Source: Candidatus Komeilibacteria bacterium
GTDB taxonomy: Bacteria; Patescibacteriota; Patescibacteriia; UBA1558
Direction: 5' to 3'
Length of the DNA: 64,000 bases
Assembly: GCA_048538275.1 (NCBI GenBank)
Contig: JBLYPW010000001.1
Location: forward strand, 212,919 to 276,918
Below the pieces are notes generated by a model. That model did not search any database. It was not told where the DNA came from and saw only the letters and a program-made list of their open reading frames with translations. This document shows, piece by piece, positions 26,949-36,132 of this stretch (position 1 is the stretch's first letter; every line of letters begins with the position of its first letter). The translations under genes and the position numbers were made by a program.

Positions 26949-28268
26949 ATGTTGAACTTAGCCAATAATACAAACAAGAAAAAATGGACACTAAATTCAA
27001 TGGTGATAACCTTGATTTTGAGTATTATTTTGGGGGGTGTGGCCGGTGGTATAGCTGGATTGATGACCGCGACCTTTTGGTCTAGTAATATGCAGTCATT
27101 GTTGGCTGATTGGGGCTGGTCGCAGCCTTCTATTGTTGCTTCGCGCACTAAGTCAGACACGCAAGCTGATGACCAATCAAAGCCCATAAATAATAATGCA
27201 GCTACCCCTACCAAATTAACTGTAGAGCAAATTGTAGCCCAGTCTTCCCCGGCAGTAGTTTCCATAGTGGGTAGCAAAGACATAGTGATCAATCAGAATA
27301 ATATGTTTCCCTTTGACAGTTGGTTTGATTTTGGATGGCCTTTTGTTGTGCCGCAGCAGCCTGATAATAATGAACAGCCGCCACAAACGCAAAGACAGCA
27401 GATTGGCGCTGGCAGTGGTTTTATTATCTCGGCGGATGGCTTGATTTTAACCAATCGCCATGTAGTGGAAGATGTGACGGCGGATTATACGGTGACTACT
27501 GCAGATGGCATTACTTATGAGGCGACTGTTTTGGGGCGTGATACTTTTAATGATTTGGCCATTATAAAAATAGACGGTAAAAATTTACCTGTTTTAAAGC
27601 TGGGTGATTCTGATAAAGTACAGATAGGTGAAACTGTCGTGGCTATTGGCAATGCCTTGGGTGAGTATAGTAATACGGTTACTACCGGCATAGTGTCTGG
27701 TCTAGGACGAGATGTGGTGGCTGGAAATGGTCAGTCATCGGAAAAATTGGCTGGCGTCATTCAAACTGATGCCGCCATTAATCCGGGAAATTCTGGCGGA
27801 CCATTGATAAATATGCACGGCGACGTGATTGGTATAAATACAGCTATGAATAGCCAGGGTCAGTTGATCGGCTTTGCCTTACCTATCAATACTGCTAAAC
27901 AAGTAGTGGATAGCGTGAAACAATATGGTCGTATTGTGAGGCCTTTCTTGGGCGTGCGTTATGTGATGATAAACGATCATATTGCTCAGCAAAATAGTTT
28001 AGAGATAAAATACGGCGCCTTGATTGCGCGGGGACAAAGTCAAGCGGAATTAGCAGTCATGCCTGGTAGTCCAGCTGATAAGGCTGGTTTGGTAGAGAAT
28101 GACATTATTTTAGAAATCAATGACGTGAAGTTGGATGAGAATAATACTTTAGCAGAACAGATTGCCAAATTTCAGCCACATGATATCATTACTTTAAAGG
28201 TATATCATCGGGGTGATTATAAGACAGTGAAGGTAGAGCTGGCTGAATATCAGAATAATAGTCAATAA
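26949..28268 (+). CDS. htrA: HtrA/DegP serine protease with PDZ domain
   Basis: GSGFII, TNRHVV, DLAIIK, QTDAAINPGNSGGPL, PDZ. Confidence 0.95.
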   Translation: MLNLANNTNKKKWTLNSMVITLILSIILGGVAGGIAGLMTATFWSSNMQSLLADWGWSQPSIVASRTKSDTQADDQSKPINNNAATPTKLTVEQIVAQSSPAVVSIVGSKDIVINQNNMFPFDSWFDFGWPFVVPQQPDNNEQPPQTQRQQIGAGSGFIISADGLILTNRHVVEDVTADYTVTTADGITYEATVLGRDTFNDLAIIKIDGKNLPVLKLGDSDKVQIGETVVAIGNALGEYSNTVTTGIVSGLGRDVVAGNGQSSEKLAGVIQTDAAINPGNSGGPLINMHGDVIGINTAMNSQGQLIGFALPINTAKQVVDSVKQYGRIVRPFLGVRYVMINDHIAQQNSLEIKYGALIARGQSQAELAVMPGSPADKAGLVENDIILEINDVKLDENNTLAEQIAKFQPHDIITLKVYHRGDYKTVKVELAEYQNNSQ

Positions 28269-28280
28269 TAAAAAAGTGTA

Positions 28281-29387
28281 ATGTCAGAATTAAAGGACAA
28301 ATTTGCAAAGTTGGCTCAAGGCGTAAACAACCTGGGCCAACTTTTAGATATTGAAGCCAAAATTATTCAAGCCAAAAAATTACAAAAACAAAGCGAGTCG
28401 TCTAATTTTTGGCAAGACGCCAAGCGCGCTGCTCATATTAGTAAACAGTTGGCGGATTTGAACGCAGAAGTAAAGCAATGGCAAGATTTAAAAACTGGTG
28501 TGTACGAAGCGTTTGATTTGTCCGCTTTGGCTGATAATGATCAATCATTGAGTGATGAATTGGATGATAGATATGGTCGTTTGGAGAAAATATATCGCTC
28601 TCTACAGTGGTTGACATTGTTTTCCGGCAAGTATGATAGACATAGTGCGGTGATGAGTATTTATGCCGGTGCTGGCGGCGATGAAGCGCAAGATTGGGTA
28701 GCAATGTTATTGCGTATGTATTTGCGTTTTGCTGAACAACATGGTTGGCAGGCTAATATCGTGGCCGCTAGTCAAGGTAGTGAAGCTGGCTATAAAAATA
28801 TAGTAGTAGAAATTATCGGTAAATATGCTTATGGCAAATTACAAAGTGAATCAGGCGTGCATCGTTTAGTAAGATTGTCACCTTTTGACGCCGATCATGC
28901 GCGTCATACTTCATTTGCCATGGTGGATATTTTACCGGAGTTGGAAGCTGATGATAGTACGGTTGAGATTGACCCTAAAGATATTCGGATTGATACTTTT
29001 CGTGCTTCTGGCAAGGGTGGTCAAAAAGTCAATAAAACTGATTCGGCTGTGCGCGTAGTGCATGAGCCCACCGGGATTATAGTGGTTTGTCAAAATGAAC
29101 GCTCGCAGGCACAGAATAAAGAAACTGCTTTACGTATTTTGCGTAGTAAATTGCAAATATTAGAAGATGAAAAACAGGAAGAAGCCAAACGAGTTTTGCA
29201 GGGCGAATTAACAGAGGCGGCCTGGGGTAATCAAATTCGTTCTTATGTTCTTCATCCTTATAAAATGGTCAAAGATCATCGTACGGATTTAGTTAGTAAA
29301 GATCCGCAAGCTGTATTGGATGGTAATTTGGATGAATTTATTGACGCCTATTTAAAATATAAAGCCAAACCCAATGCCCAAACTTAA
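28281..29387 (+). CDS. prfB: Peptide chain release factor 2 (no frameshift)
   Basis: SPF motif, GGQ, WGNQIRSYV. Confidence 0.97.
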   Translation: MSELKDKFAKLAQGVNNLGQLLDIEAKIIQAKKLQKQSESSNFWQDAKRAAHISKQLADLNAEVKQWQDLKTGVYEAFDLSALADNDQSLSDELDDRYGRLEKIYRSLQWLTLFSGKYDRHSAVMSIYAGAGGDEAQDWVAMLLRMYLRFAEQHGWQANIVAASQGSEAGYKNIVVEIIGKYAYGKLQSESGVHRLVRLSPFDADHARHTSFAMVDILPELEADDSTVEIDPKDIRIDTFRASGKGGQKVNKTDSAVRVVHEPTGIIVVCQNERSQAQNKETALRILRSKLQILEDEKQEEAKRVLQGELTEAAWGNQIRSYVLHPYKMVKDHRTDLVSKDPQAVLDGNLDEFIDAYLKYKAKPNAQT

Positions 29388-29805
29388 ACATATAGCAAAA
29401 TATGGATTATTTACATTATTATGGATGAGTTTAATTTGGTATTTATCCGCCCAACCTAATTTAGTGATTGGACTGCCTGGTATCTGGGAGTTGTTTGCTC
29501 GTAAGCTAGCTCATATTGCCATCTATACTATATTGGCTTTATTACTGATGAAATTATTTAGTCATGCTTGGGTCGGACGTCGTCCCAGTAGAGTAGAGTT
29601 AGTGTTGCAAGTAAGCTTGGTTATTATTTTGGCGGTATTATTTGCAATCAGTGATGAATGGCATCAAAGTTTTATTGCTGGACGGCAGGGTAGTGGCATA
29701 GATATTATTATTGACAGCATCGGTGTGTTATTTGGCATTGTTTGGGGTTGGCGCTTGCAAGATACGCGTTTACGTCATAGCTGGAAAATTTTATTGACAA
29801 GGTAG
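29374..29805 (+). CDS. VanZ family membrane protein
   Basis: RKLAH, AISDEWHQSFIAGR, DIIIDSIG. Confidence 0.88.
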   Translation: MPKLKHIAKYGLFTLLWMSLIWYLSAQPNLVIGLPGIWELFARKLAHIAIYTILALLLMKLFSHAWVGRRPSRVELVLQVSLVIILAVLFAISDEWHQSFIAGRQGSGIDIIIDSIGVLFGIVWGWRLQDTRLRHSWKILLTR

Positions 29806-29865
29806 AAGTTTTGCGATAAGTTTGAGAATAATGAAACAGGGTCCAAAAGAAGGGACTCTGTTTTT

Positions 29866-31371
29866 ATGTTTACTAGGCAAATATATATTATTATCTCGGT
29901 TAGCGCCTTTATGCTGGGTATTTATCTGGCGGGGCGTCAGAATATTATTCAGGTAGTGAATTTTAAGATTTTACTGGCCAGTTTTTTTATTATCTCCTTG
30001 GTTTTGTTACCTTGGCGTCGGATGCGTTGGTTTATTGTTATTTTTTTTATGTTGTTGCTGGGTATTTGGCGTTGGCAGATGGTACAGCCGGCCGGCGGTC
30101 TTGGGGATATCAGCAGTTATGGCCAAAAGTTTAGTAGTGACCGCCGGCCGGCTAGTGTTCACTGGCAGGGTCAGATAATAAAAGCTCCGGTTATTAAATC
30201 CGATGCCCAAAGTTTGGTAGTAGCGGCGCAGGTGATAGAAAGAGATGGCCAATATATAGCAGCACAGGGGCAGGTAGCGGTAAAAGCTTTTGTATTTCCC
30301 GAATATCATTATGGTGATTTATTGGATTTGGAGTGCGTTTTGTATCGTCCGGACAAAATTGAAGACTTTGCTTATGACGAATATTTAGCTAAACAAAATA
30401 TTTATACCGCTTGTTATTGGCCAAGAATAAAATTAATAGCGTCGGGGAGGGGATATAAAGTGCAGTCATGGCTGATTGGCGGACAGACAACATTACGAAA
30501 TTTAGTAAAGCAACATTTGGTTGAGCCAGAAGGCGGTTTAATTATGGCTTTGTTATTGGGGGATAAAAGTGATTTAGCTGATGACGTACGCAATGATTTT
30601 CAACGACTAGGTGCGGCTCATATTTTGGCGATTTCTGGCATGCACATCGGTATTATTAGTGGTTTATTGTGGCAATTATTGATTTGGTTGTCTTTACCGC
30701 GTCGCTGGCGAACGGTATTGGCAATTATTTTGATTAGCGCCTTTGTGATTTTAGTGGGCGCGCCACCCTCCGCTATTCGGGCAGCCATTTTATGGTCATT
30801 GATTTTACTGGCTCAATATTATGGTGCCGCGGCGCAAAGTTTGACTGCTTTGGCCATGGCTGCCCTGGCTATGCTGTGGTTTAATCCGCGTTGGCTCTTA
30901 TATGATTTGGGTTGGCAATTGTCATTTATGGCAGTATTGAGTCTATTATTATTCGCTCCCGCCGTAGGCAAGTATTTACGTCAGGAGCCTGGTGGCGAGG
31001 GGTGGCGCGCTTTATTGCAAGCTGGTATTGCCGCTCAAATTATTACCTTGCCCTGGGTAGCCTATAAATTAGGACAAGTATCTCTGTTAAGTTTATTAGC
31101 AAATATTGTGCTAGTACCTCTACTCCCACCCCTTTTGATTTTATCTTTATTATCTATTTTATTTAGTTGGTTGCCGATTGTGGGTCAATTATTGTGGTGG
31201 TTAACTTGGTTATTGAGTCATCAATTATTAGACGCGGCTAGTAATTTGAATAAGATACCATGGGGCGCGTGGCAGAATTTGCATATATCATTGCCCATAG
31301 TTTTGTTTTATTATTTATCGCTACTGACTGCGTATTGTTTTTTGAAAATAAAAAAAAGCCGAGTTGTTTAG
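29866..31371 (+). CDS. comEC: ComEC/Rec2 competence protein (membrane part)
   Basis: LLLGDK, GAAHILAISGMHI, PSAIRA, DLGWQLSF. Confidence 0.93.
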   Translation: MFTRQIYIIISVSAFMLGIYLAGRQNIIQVVNFKILLASFFIISLVLLPWRRMRWFIVIFFMLLLGIWRWQMVQPAGGLGDISSYGQKFSSDRRPASVHWQGQIIKAPVIKSDAQSLVVAAQVIERDGQYIAAQGQVAVKAFVFPEYHYGDLLDLECVLYRPDKIEDFAYDEYLAKQNIYTACYWPRIKLIASGRGYKVQSWLIGGQTTLRNLVKQHLVEPEGGLIMALLLGDKSDLADDVRNDFQRLGAAHILAISGMHIGIISGLLWQLLIWLSLPRRWRTVLAIILISAFVILVGAPPSAIRAAILWSLILLAQYYGAAAQSLTALAMAALAMLWFNPRWLLYDLGWQLSFMAVLSLLLFAPAVGKYLRQEPGGEGWRALLQAGIAAQIITLPWVAYKLGQVSLLSLLANIVLVPLLPPLLILSLLSILFSWLPIVGQLLWWLTWLLSHQLLDAASNLNKIPWGAWQNLHISLPIVLFYYLSLLTAYCFLKIKKSRVV

Positions 31372-31400
31372 TATTCATTATGAAGATAAACGACCCGGCT
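31351..31400 (-). terminator. Rho-independent terminator of the minus-strand ORF pair
   Basis: AAGCCGGGTCGTTTA...TAAACAACTCGGCTT plus T-run on the - strand. Confidence 0.7.
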
Positions 31401-31415
31401 TAAATTGATGGGGAA

Positions 31416-31760
31416 TTATATTTTTATATACAGTTTGTTGTTGCCCAGTGGCAGCATATTGTGGAAGGGCGAAGTTTGTTTAGTTTTTTTTCTTCGCTGT
31501 ATACGTATTGTATACGAATTATTTTTCCATATCATGCTCACAGCTACATAGCCGTGTGGGTTGATAAGCGGATTAAGCTGTCGACAAATCGCTTGCGCTT
31601 GAACGCGCTGAAATTCATTGGGCTGGCTGATCGGCGTGAGGTAATAGACATCATCATTCACCTCTCGGTCAAAGCTGAATTGGCCAACCTTTTTGTCGCC
31701 CACTGAAATGATGGCAATTTTTGGGACAAAGCTATTCATTGGCATGGTTTGCTTATTCAC
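31416..31760 (-). CDS. Hypothetical protein (GTG start)
   Basis: AGGAGG 5 nt before GTG at 31760; overlaps upstream stop. Confidence 0.65.
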   Translation of the reverse strand: MNKQTMPMNSFVPKIAIISVGDKKVGQFSFDREVNDDVYYLTPISQPNEFQRVQAQAICRQLNPLINPHGYVAVSMIWKNNSYTIRIQRRKKTKQTSPFHNMLPLGNNKLYIKI

Positions 31761-32130
31761 TATGACCTCCTTGTACTTTTGTGGCAATGTCCAGTAAGTG
31801 TCGGTTTATATGGATGCCGACGCAATTCTTGACTTCAATGGTCACCCGCCATGCCAAATTTTCCGGTATTAGCAAATGCATATTGCAACCATCTTTCCCT
31901 TTGTGGAACTTGTTATTAAAGCGCCGACAAAAATCTTTCATGAGATTGAGGGAAGGTGGGTTGGTACCGGGCTCAATGTGAACATCACCAGGAAAATCCT
32001 TAGGAAAATAAACGGTAACGTGCTGCTCGGGGTTGAAAAGAACTAAATCCAATTGGCGCTTGTCATGACATTCCAGCACCATAATTGATGTTTTGTCTGC
32101 GCCTACTGTTGATCTGATGGTTTCTGTCAT
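31753..32130 (-). CDS. Hypothetical protein
   Basis: AGGAGGACGA-ATG; 125-aa ORF. Confidence 0.7.
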   Translation of the reverse strand: MTETIRSTVGADKTSIMVLECHDKRQLDLVLFNPEQHVTVYFPKDFPGDVHIEPGTNPPSLNLMKDFCRRFNNKFHKGKDGCNMHLLIPENLAWRVTIEVKNCVGIHINRHLLDIATKVQGGHSE

Positions 32131-32190
32131 TCGTCCTCCTGTTTTGGTTGTTTAGCTTATCAAAAAACGTATTTTCTAATTTACAATTTT

Positions 32191-33075
32191 ATGAAATATT
32201 TGTCAATAGCGAGTAAAAAATGGCTTTATTATAGTCTGGTTTTGTTTGGTGCTATGTTATTTTTATGGCAGTATAGTATGCAAGCTCAGGCCAATGATGG
32301 CTTGGCTCGTTTTGTGTTTTTGGATGTGGGACAAGGGGATAGTATTTTAATTATCACTTCCGATAATAGAAGAATTTTGGTTGATGGCGGTCCTACTACG
32401 GATCTGGCTAATGATTTGGGTCCGTGGCTCAATCCTCTGGCGCCAAGCATAGATATGATGTTGCTTAGTCACGGACATGATGATCATGTCACAGGTTTTA
32501 TTGATATATTGAGACGCTATCCGGTGGGTCAGGTATTTTATTCTGGAGCAGTTGAGTTTTACGCGCCAGCTTATCGGGCTTGGTTGGGCATTTTAAAAGA
32601 TATTGGCATGAGACCAAAGATGCTTATGGCGGGTCAGGTACTTAATTTTACTAGCGAGGAGAATATAACTATTTTAGCACCACAGGTATCCTGGGACGGG
32701 CAAGAGGCGGATGATTTGAATGATACTTCGGTAGTGGTTAAATATTGTTATAAATTGGTTTGCTTGTTATTAACTGGAGATGCCACCGATGAAGTAGAGC
32801 AAGCTATCTTACATAGTGATCAAGATGTGAGGGCACAAATACTGAAGGTAGCGCATCATGGTAGTCGTTATTCTAGTAGTGTGGAGTGGTTAAGCGCGGT
32901 TAAACCGGCAGTAGCTATTATTCAAGCGGGACAAGACAATTCTTTTGGTCACCCACATACCGAGTTATTACAGCGTTTAGAGTCTCAAAAAATACCCCTA
33001 TTACGGACAGATCAGCAAGGCGAGATCGTCATCATTACTGATGGTGAGAAATGGTGGCAACAGTCGTCCCAGTAG
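32191..33075 (+). CDS. ComEC-type metallo-beta-lactamase domain protein
   Basis: FLDVGQGDS, SHGHDDH, LLTGD, LKVAHHGS, NSFGHP, RTDQQG. Confidence 0.93.
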   Translation: MKYLSIASKKWLYYSLVLFGAMLFLWQYSMQAQANDGLARFVFLDVGQGDSILIITSDNRRILVDGGPTTDLANDLGPWLNPLAPSIDMMLLSHGHDDHVTGFIDILRRYPVGQVFYSGAVEFYAPAYRAWLGILKDIGMRPKMLMAGQVLNFTSEENITILAPQVSWDGQEADDLNDTSVVVKYCYKLVCLLLTGDATDEVEQAILHSDQDVRAQILKVAHHGSRYSSSVEWLSAVKPAVAIIQAGQDNSFGHPHTELLQRLESQKIPLLRTDQQGEIVIITDGEKWWQQSSQ

Positions 33076-33076
33076 C

Positions 33077-33105
33077 TTGCCAGCAGTGATATTTTTCGCT
33101 ATACT
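33077..33105 (+). promoter_or_regulatory. Sigma70 promoter
   Basis: TTGCCA-17-TATACT. Confidence 0.6.
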
Positions 33106-33127
33106 GAAAGCAATTGATTAGTTTTTT

Positions 33128-33511
33128 ATGACACCCAAAAACAAGCGGACAATTGTATTGGTGGAGGATGAAGAGATTCTCTCCAATATGTATAAAATGA
33201 AATTAATTAAATCAGGATATGAAGTGCAGACAGCTAATGATGGCAAGGCTGGCTTGGATTTGATAAAGAAAGTTCAGCCGGATGTTGTTTTGCTGGATAT
33301 TATCATGCCCAAATTGGATGGTTTTGCCGTGCTGGAGGCATTGCACCAAGAAGATATTACCAAGGACATCCCTATTATTCTCTTGACTAATTTGGGGCAA
33401 GAAGAAGATATTAAGCGGGGCAAAGAATTGGGAGCGGTCGGTTATTATGTTAAAGCTAATTTGACCCCGGGTGAGTTAGTGGATAAATTAAACAAGTTTA
33501 TTAAGAAATAA
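33128..33511 (+). CDS. Single-domain response regulator
   Basis: VEDE, LLDIIMPKLDG, LTN, YVK. Confidence 0.93.
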   Translation: MTPKNKRTIVLVEDEEILSNMYKMKLIKSGYEVQTANDGKAGLDLIKKVQPDVVLLDIIMPKLDGFAVLEALHQEDITKDIPIILLTNLGQEEDIKRGKELGAVGYYVKANLTPGELVDKLNKFIKK

Positions 33512-33523
33512 TTTTTATAAATT

Positions 33524-33985
33524 ATGGAAAAATCATTGATTATATTAAAACCCGATTGCCTACAACGTAATTTATTGGGAGAAATTATTAAACGTTTTGA
33601 AAACAAGGGTTTGAAAATAGCAGCACTAAAAATGGGAAAAATTTCAGATGAACAGATTGATGAACATTATAGCCATCACAAAGATAAGCCATTCTTTGCC
33701 GGGCTTAAAGGTTTTATGCAATCCGGGCCAGTAGTATTTATGGTGGTAGAGGGGTATGAAGCGGTTAGTTCTGTTCGTACCATTGTAGGGCCAACAGTAG
33801 GTAGAAAAGCTGATGCCGGATCTGTTCGGGGTGATTTTTCTATGAGCCATTCTAATAATATTGTACACGCCTCTGATTCATTAGAAACTGCAGAGGTAGA
33901 GATTAAACGATTTTTCCAGGCAGATGAAGTTTTTGATTATTATAAAGATGATTGGAAATGGGTTTATGCTGATGATGAACAATAG
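33524..33985 (+). CDS. ndk: Nucleoside diphosphate kinase
   Basis: ILKPD, HYSHH, RGDF, NIVHASDS. Confidence 0.97.
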   Translation: MEKSLIILKPDCLQRNLLGEIIKRFENKGLKIAALKMGKISDEQIDEHYSHHKDKPFFAGLKGFMQSGPVVFMVVEGYEAVSSVRTIVGPTVGRKADAGSVRGDFSMSHSNNIVHASDSLETAEVEIKRFFQADEVFDYYKDDWKWVYADDEQ

Positions 33986-34007
33986 ATTATAATTTTTTCC
34001 ACATCAT

Positions 34008-34034
34008 GGTCGCTGGACATGTCAGCGACCTTTT
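34008..34034 (+). terminator. Terminator after ndk
   Basis: GGTCGCTG/CAGCGACC plus TTTT. Confidence 0.7.
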
Positions 34035-34258
34035 GTTATCCTAAAATAAAGATAAAAGTTATGTCCTATTTTTATTCCCAAATTATTAGCAAGATTGTTC
34101 GCAACTTTATGTTGTGGGTCTTGGTTTTGGGAAAAAATAGCGGCAGCTAACTTTTATTAGGAAAATATAGTAGAGAATATTAGTTAGCCCGCTGGCTAAT
34201 TTTTTTATTCTGCTACTTTGGTTAGTTCTTTTCAAATCAAACAGCATTGGGAGGTACC

Positions 34259-34534
34259 ATGCAGGACACACATAATGGTCCAGGTTATTTTTTAAGCGAT
34301 GCAGAATATCATCGTTTGGCTCTGCAGGCCATACAAGCTCAGCGGGATGAGCTGGTATGGAAGTATGGCGAGGATAAAATCCAAGCTGATCCGGTTTTAC
34401 GATTGCAGTATCAGGAATTTGAATCCTTGATTGAGCAACATGCGGACAGCGTAGCAACGCCAAGGGGTCAGAGCGGGTCGTCGGCGACTTTGTCATCAGA
34501 AATTGATAATCGTTTAGTTTTTGGGAGGTTTTAA
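34259..34534 (+). CDS. Hypothetical small protein
   Basis: GGGAGG SD before ATG 34259 (MQDTH...). Confidence 0.6.
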   Translation: MQDTHNGPGYFLSDAEYHRLALQAIQAQRDELVWKYGEDKIQADPVLRLQYQEFESLIEQHADSVATPRGQSGSSATLSSEIDNRLVFGRF

Positions 34535-34801
34535 ATGTCAGCGGAAACTGGTTTTGCCATTGTGACAGATAGTTCTGTTGCTAAACAGGAACAATCAACT
34601 AGTGTATTGCGGTTCATTATTTTATCTGAATTAAATAAAATAGAGCATGAATTACGCCAGTTGAAAGACTCAGGAGCAAGTAAGTGTTGTCCAGCCCGTA
34701 AAGAACTGATTCGTAACAAACGTCGTTTGGAAAGCCAGCTACGGCAACAAAAAATCCACGATGCTAATAAGAAATTCAGGCAGGAACCATATTTTGCCTA
34801 A
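34535..34801 (+). CDS. Hypothetical small basic coiled-coil protein
   Basis: GGGAGG SD, abuts upstream stop, followed by terminator. Confidence 0.6.
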   Translation: MSAETGFAIVTDSSVAKQEQSTSVLRFIILSELNKIEHELRQLKDSGASKCCPARKELIRNKRRLESQLRQQKIHDANKKFRQEPYFA

Positions 34802-34817
34802 TTTCAGCTTCAATATT

Positions 34818-34847
34818 AGCCATCTTGTAAAACAAGGTGGCTTTTTT
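34818..34847 (+). terminator. Rho-independent terminator
   Basis: AGCCATCTTG/CAAGGTGGCT plus T-run. Confidence 0.8.
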
Positions 34848-34848
34848 G

Positions 34849-34877
34849 TTGACCCCAATTTTGTCATTTGTTATAAT
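34849..34877 (+). promoter_or_regulatory. Sigma70 promoter of ncRNA
   Basis: TTGACC-17-TATAAT with extended TG. Confidence 0.75.
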
Positions 34878-34883
34878 ATAAAT

Positions 34884-35091
34884 GTTCTAATCATGCCGAT
34901 AGATTGAATTTCTACAACCTTTATTTTTAGGGAGTTTGCGTGGATTCAGGTCGTGGTCTGAATTCTAGGACACCCAGCGGCAAAAGTTATGCGTCTTTTG
35001 AGCAAATCGGTTTATACCAATTTTCGTCAAGAGTGCTTAACTGCCCGGATGTTGCAGAAGGACTTCCAATGCGTATCGGTATGATTAGGAC
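34884..35091 (+). ncRNA. ssrS: Rod-shaped ~208-nt ncRNA, probable 6S RNA
   Basis: GTTCTAATCATGCCGATA pairs with TATCGGTATGATTAGGAC; inner stems TTCTACAAC/GTTGCAGAA and GGGAGTT/AACTGCCC; own promoter and terminator. Confidence 0.65.
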
Positions 35092-35098
35092 GATAAAG

Positions 35099-35127
35099 AA
35101 TCTCTGTTTATGGGCAGGGATTTTTTA
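35099..35127 (+). terminator. Terminator of ncRNA
   Basis: AATCTCTGTT/GGCAGGGATT plus T-run. Confidence 0.65.
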
Positions 35128-35336
35128 TTTGTCAGTAATTGATTTTTTTGTTATACCGTGGTAATTTATATCTGTTAGAATTATTTTTTTGATGCGGTTT
35201 TATCAGTAAAATTCTACTTGAATAAACTTGATCCTAGAGGTATAAGTGTGTGAGGGAGAGGAACAAGCGCGGTGAGTAGAGTAGAGTAGCTATGACTGGT
35301 TTATAGCTATAAAATGACGAGCCGCGATGACGACGA

Positions 35337-35413
35337 CGGGGTGTAGCGCAGTTGGCTAGCGCGTACGCATGGGGTGCGTGAGGTCGCGGGTTCGAGTCCC
35401 GCCACCCCGACCA
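35337..35413 (+). tRNA. tRNA-Pro(GGG)
   Basis: CGGGGTG/CACCCCG, TACGC-AT-GGG-GT-GCGTG, GGTTCGAGTCC, CCA. Confidence 0.96.
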
Positions 35414-35732
35414 GATTAAACTTTTTTCAAAATCAGAGGCGTTTTGTTGCTCGTTCGCCGCGTTTCCGTCCCGCCTGCGCGGGGCTTCGTTCGCATTTTT
35501 CTCTATATTAAGGTTAAAGCTTTGAAATTTTTGCAGATCAAATGAAGCTGTATTTAAATAAGAGGATAAGGCAGTTAATACCATTATTACTTATCTGCAG
35601 GCCAAGCAAATCAAGAGTCAAAACGAGTGATATGTTATAATACTTATATGAATGTTACAATGCTGTATTGGTAAATTTTTATCAAATTTATATTTGTATC
35701 ATTTGCATTGTTAAATTATTAATTACTAATAT

Positions 35733-36128
35733 ATGTCCAAAAAGAAAAATAAAGCTTGGATATGGTGGACCATTGCCATCATTATCGCGATTGGCATCAT
35801 TGTTTATGTGGTCAAGGCAAATCAACAACCGGGTGAGCTGGATGAGTTTGCTCAGTGTATTGATAGCAGTGGCGCTACTTTTTATGGCGCTTTCTGGTGC
35901 CCACATTGTCAGAATCAAAAAAAAGACTTTGGTAGCTCAGCTAAGTATCTGCCTTATATAGAATGTTCTACTCCGGACGGTAAGGGTCAAAAGCAAATTT
36001 GTGATGACGCTGGCATTACTGGGTATCCTACTTGGGAATTTGCCGATGGCAGTCGTCTTAATGGCGAGGTGGCTTTACAAACTCTAGCCGATAAAACCGG
36101 CTGCTCTTTACCAATTAATCAATTATAA
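35733..36128 (+). CDS. Membrane-anchored thioredoxin-like protein (VKOR-associated Trx type)
   Basis: TM, FYGAFWCPHCQNQK, YIEC, ITGYPTW. Confidence 0.88.
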   Translation: MSKKKNKAWIWWTIAIIIAIGIIVYVVKANQQPGELDEFAQCIDSSGATFYGAFWCPHCQNQKKDFGSSAKYLPYIECSTPDGKGQKQICDDAGITGYPTWEFADGSRLNGEVALQTLADKTGCSLPINQL

Positions 36129-36132
36129 TAAT

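Noticed and set aside
34940-35164. 74-aa ORF
   Set aside because: Overlaps the structured RNA and crosses its terminator; no motif
35250-35336. Cognate-codon leader peptides before tRNA-Pro, tRNA-Val or tRNA-Lys, like the Asn case
   Set aside because: No Pro, Val or Lys codon runs or attenuator helices found; only a small TAGCTAT/ATAGCTA hairpin before tRNA-Pro
35234-35584. 116-aa minus-strand ORF as an intact gene
   Set aside because: Antisense across tRNA-Pro; WRDSNPRP is a typical tRNA shadow translation
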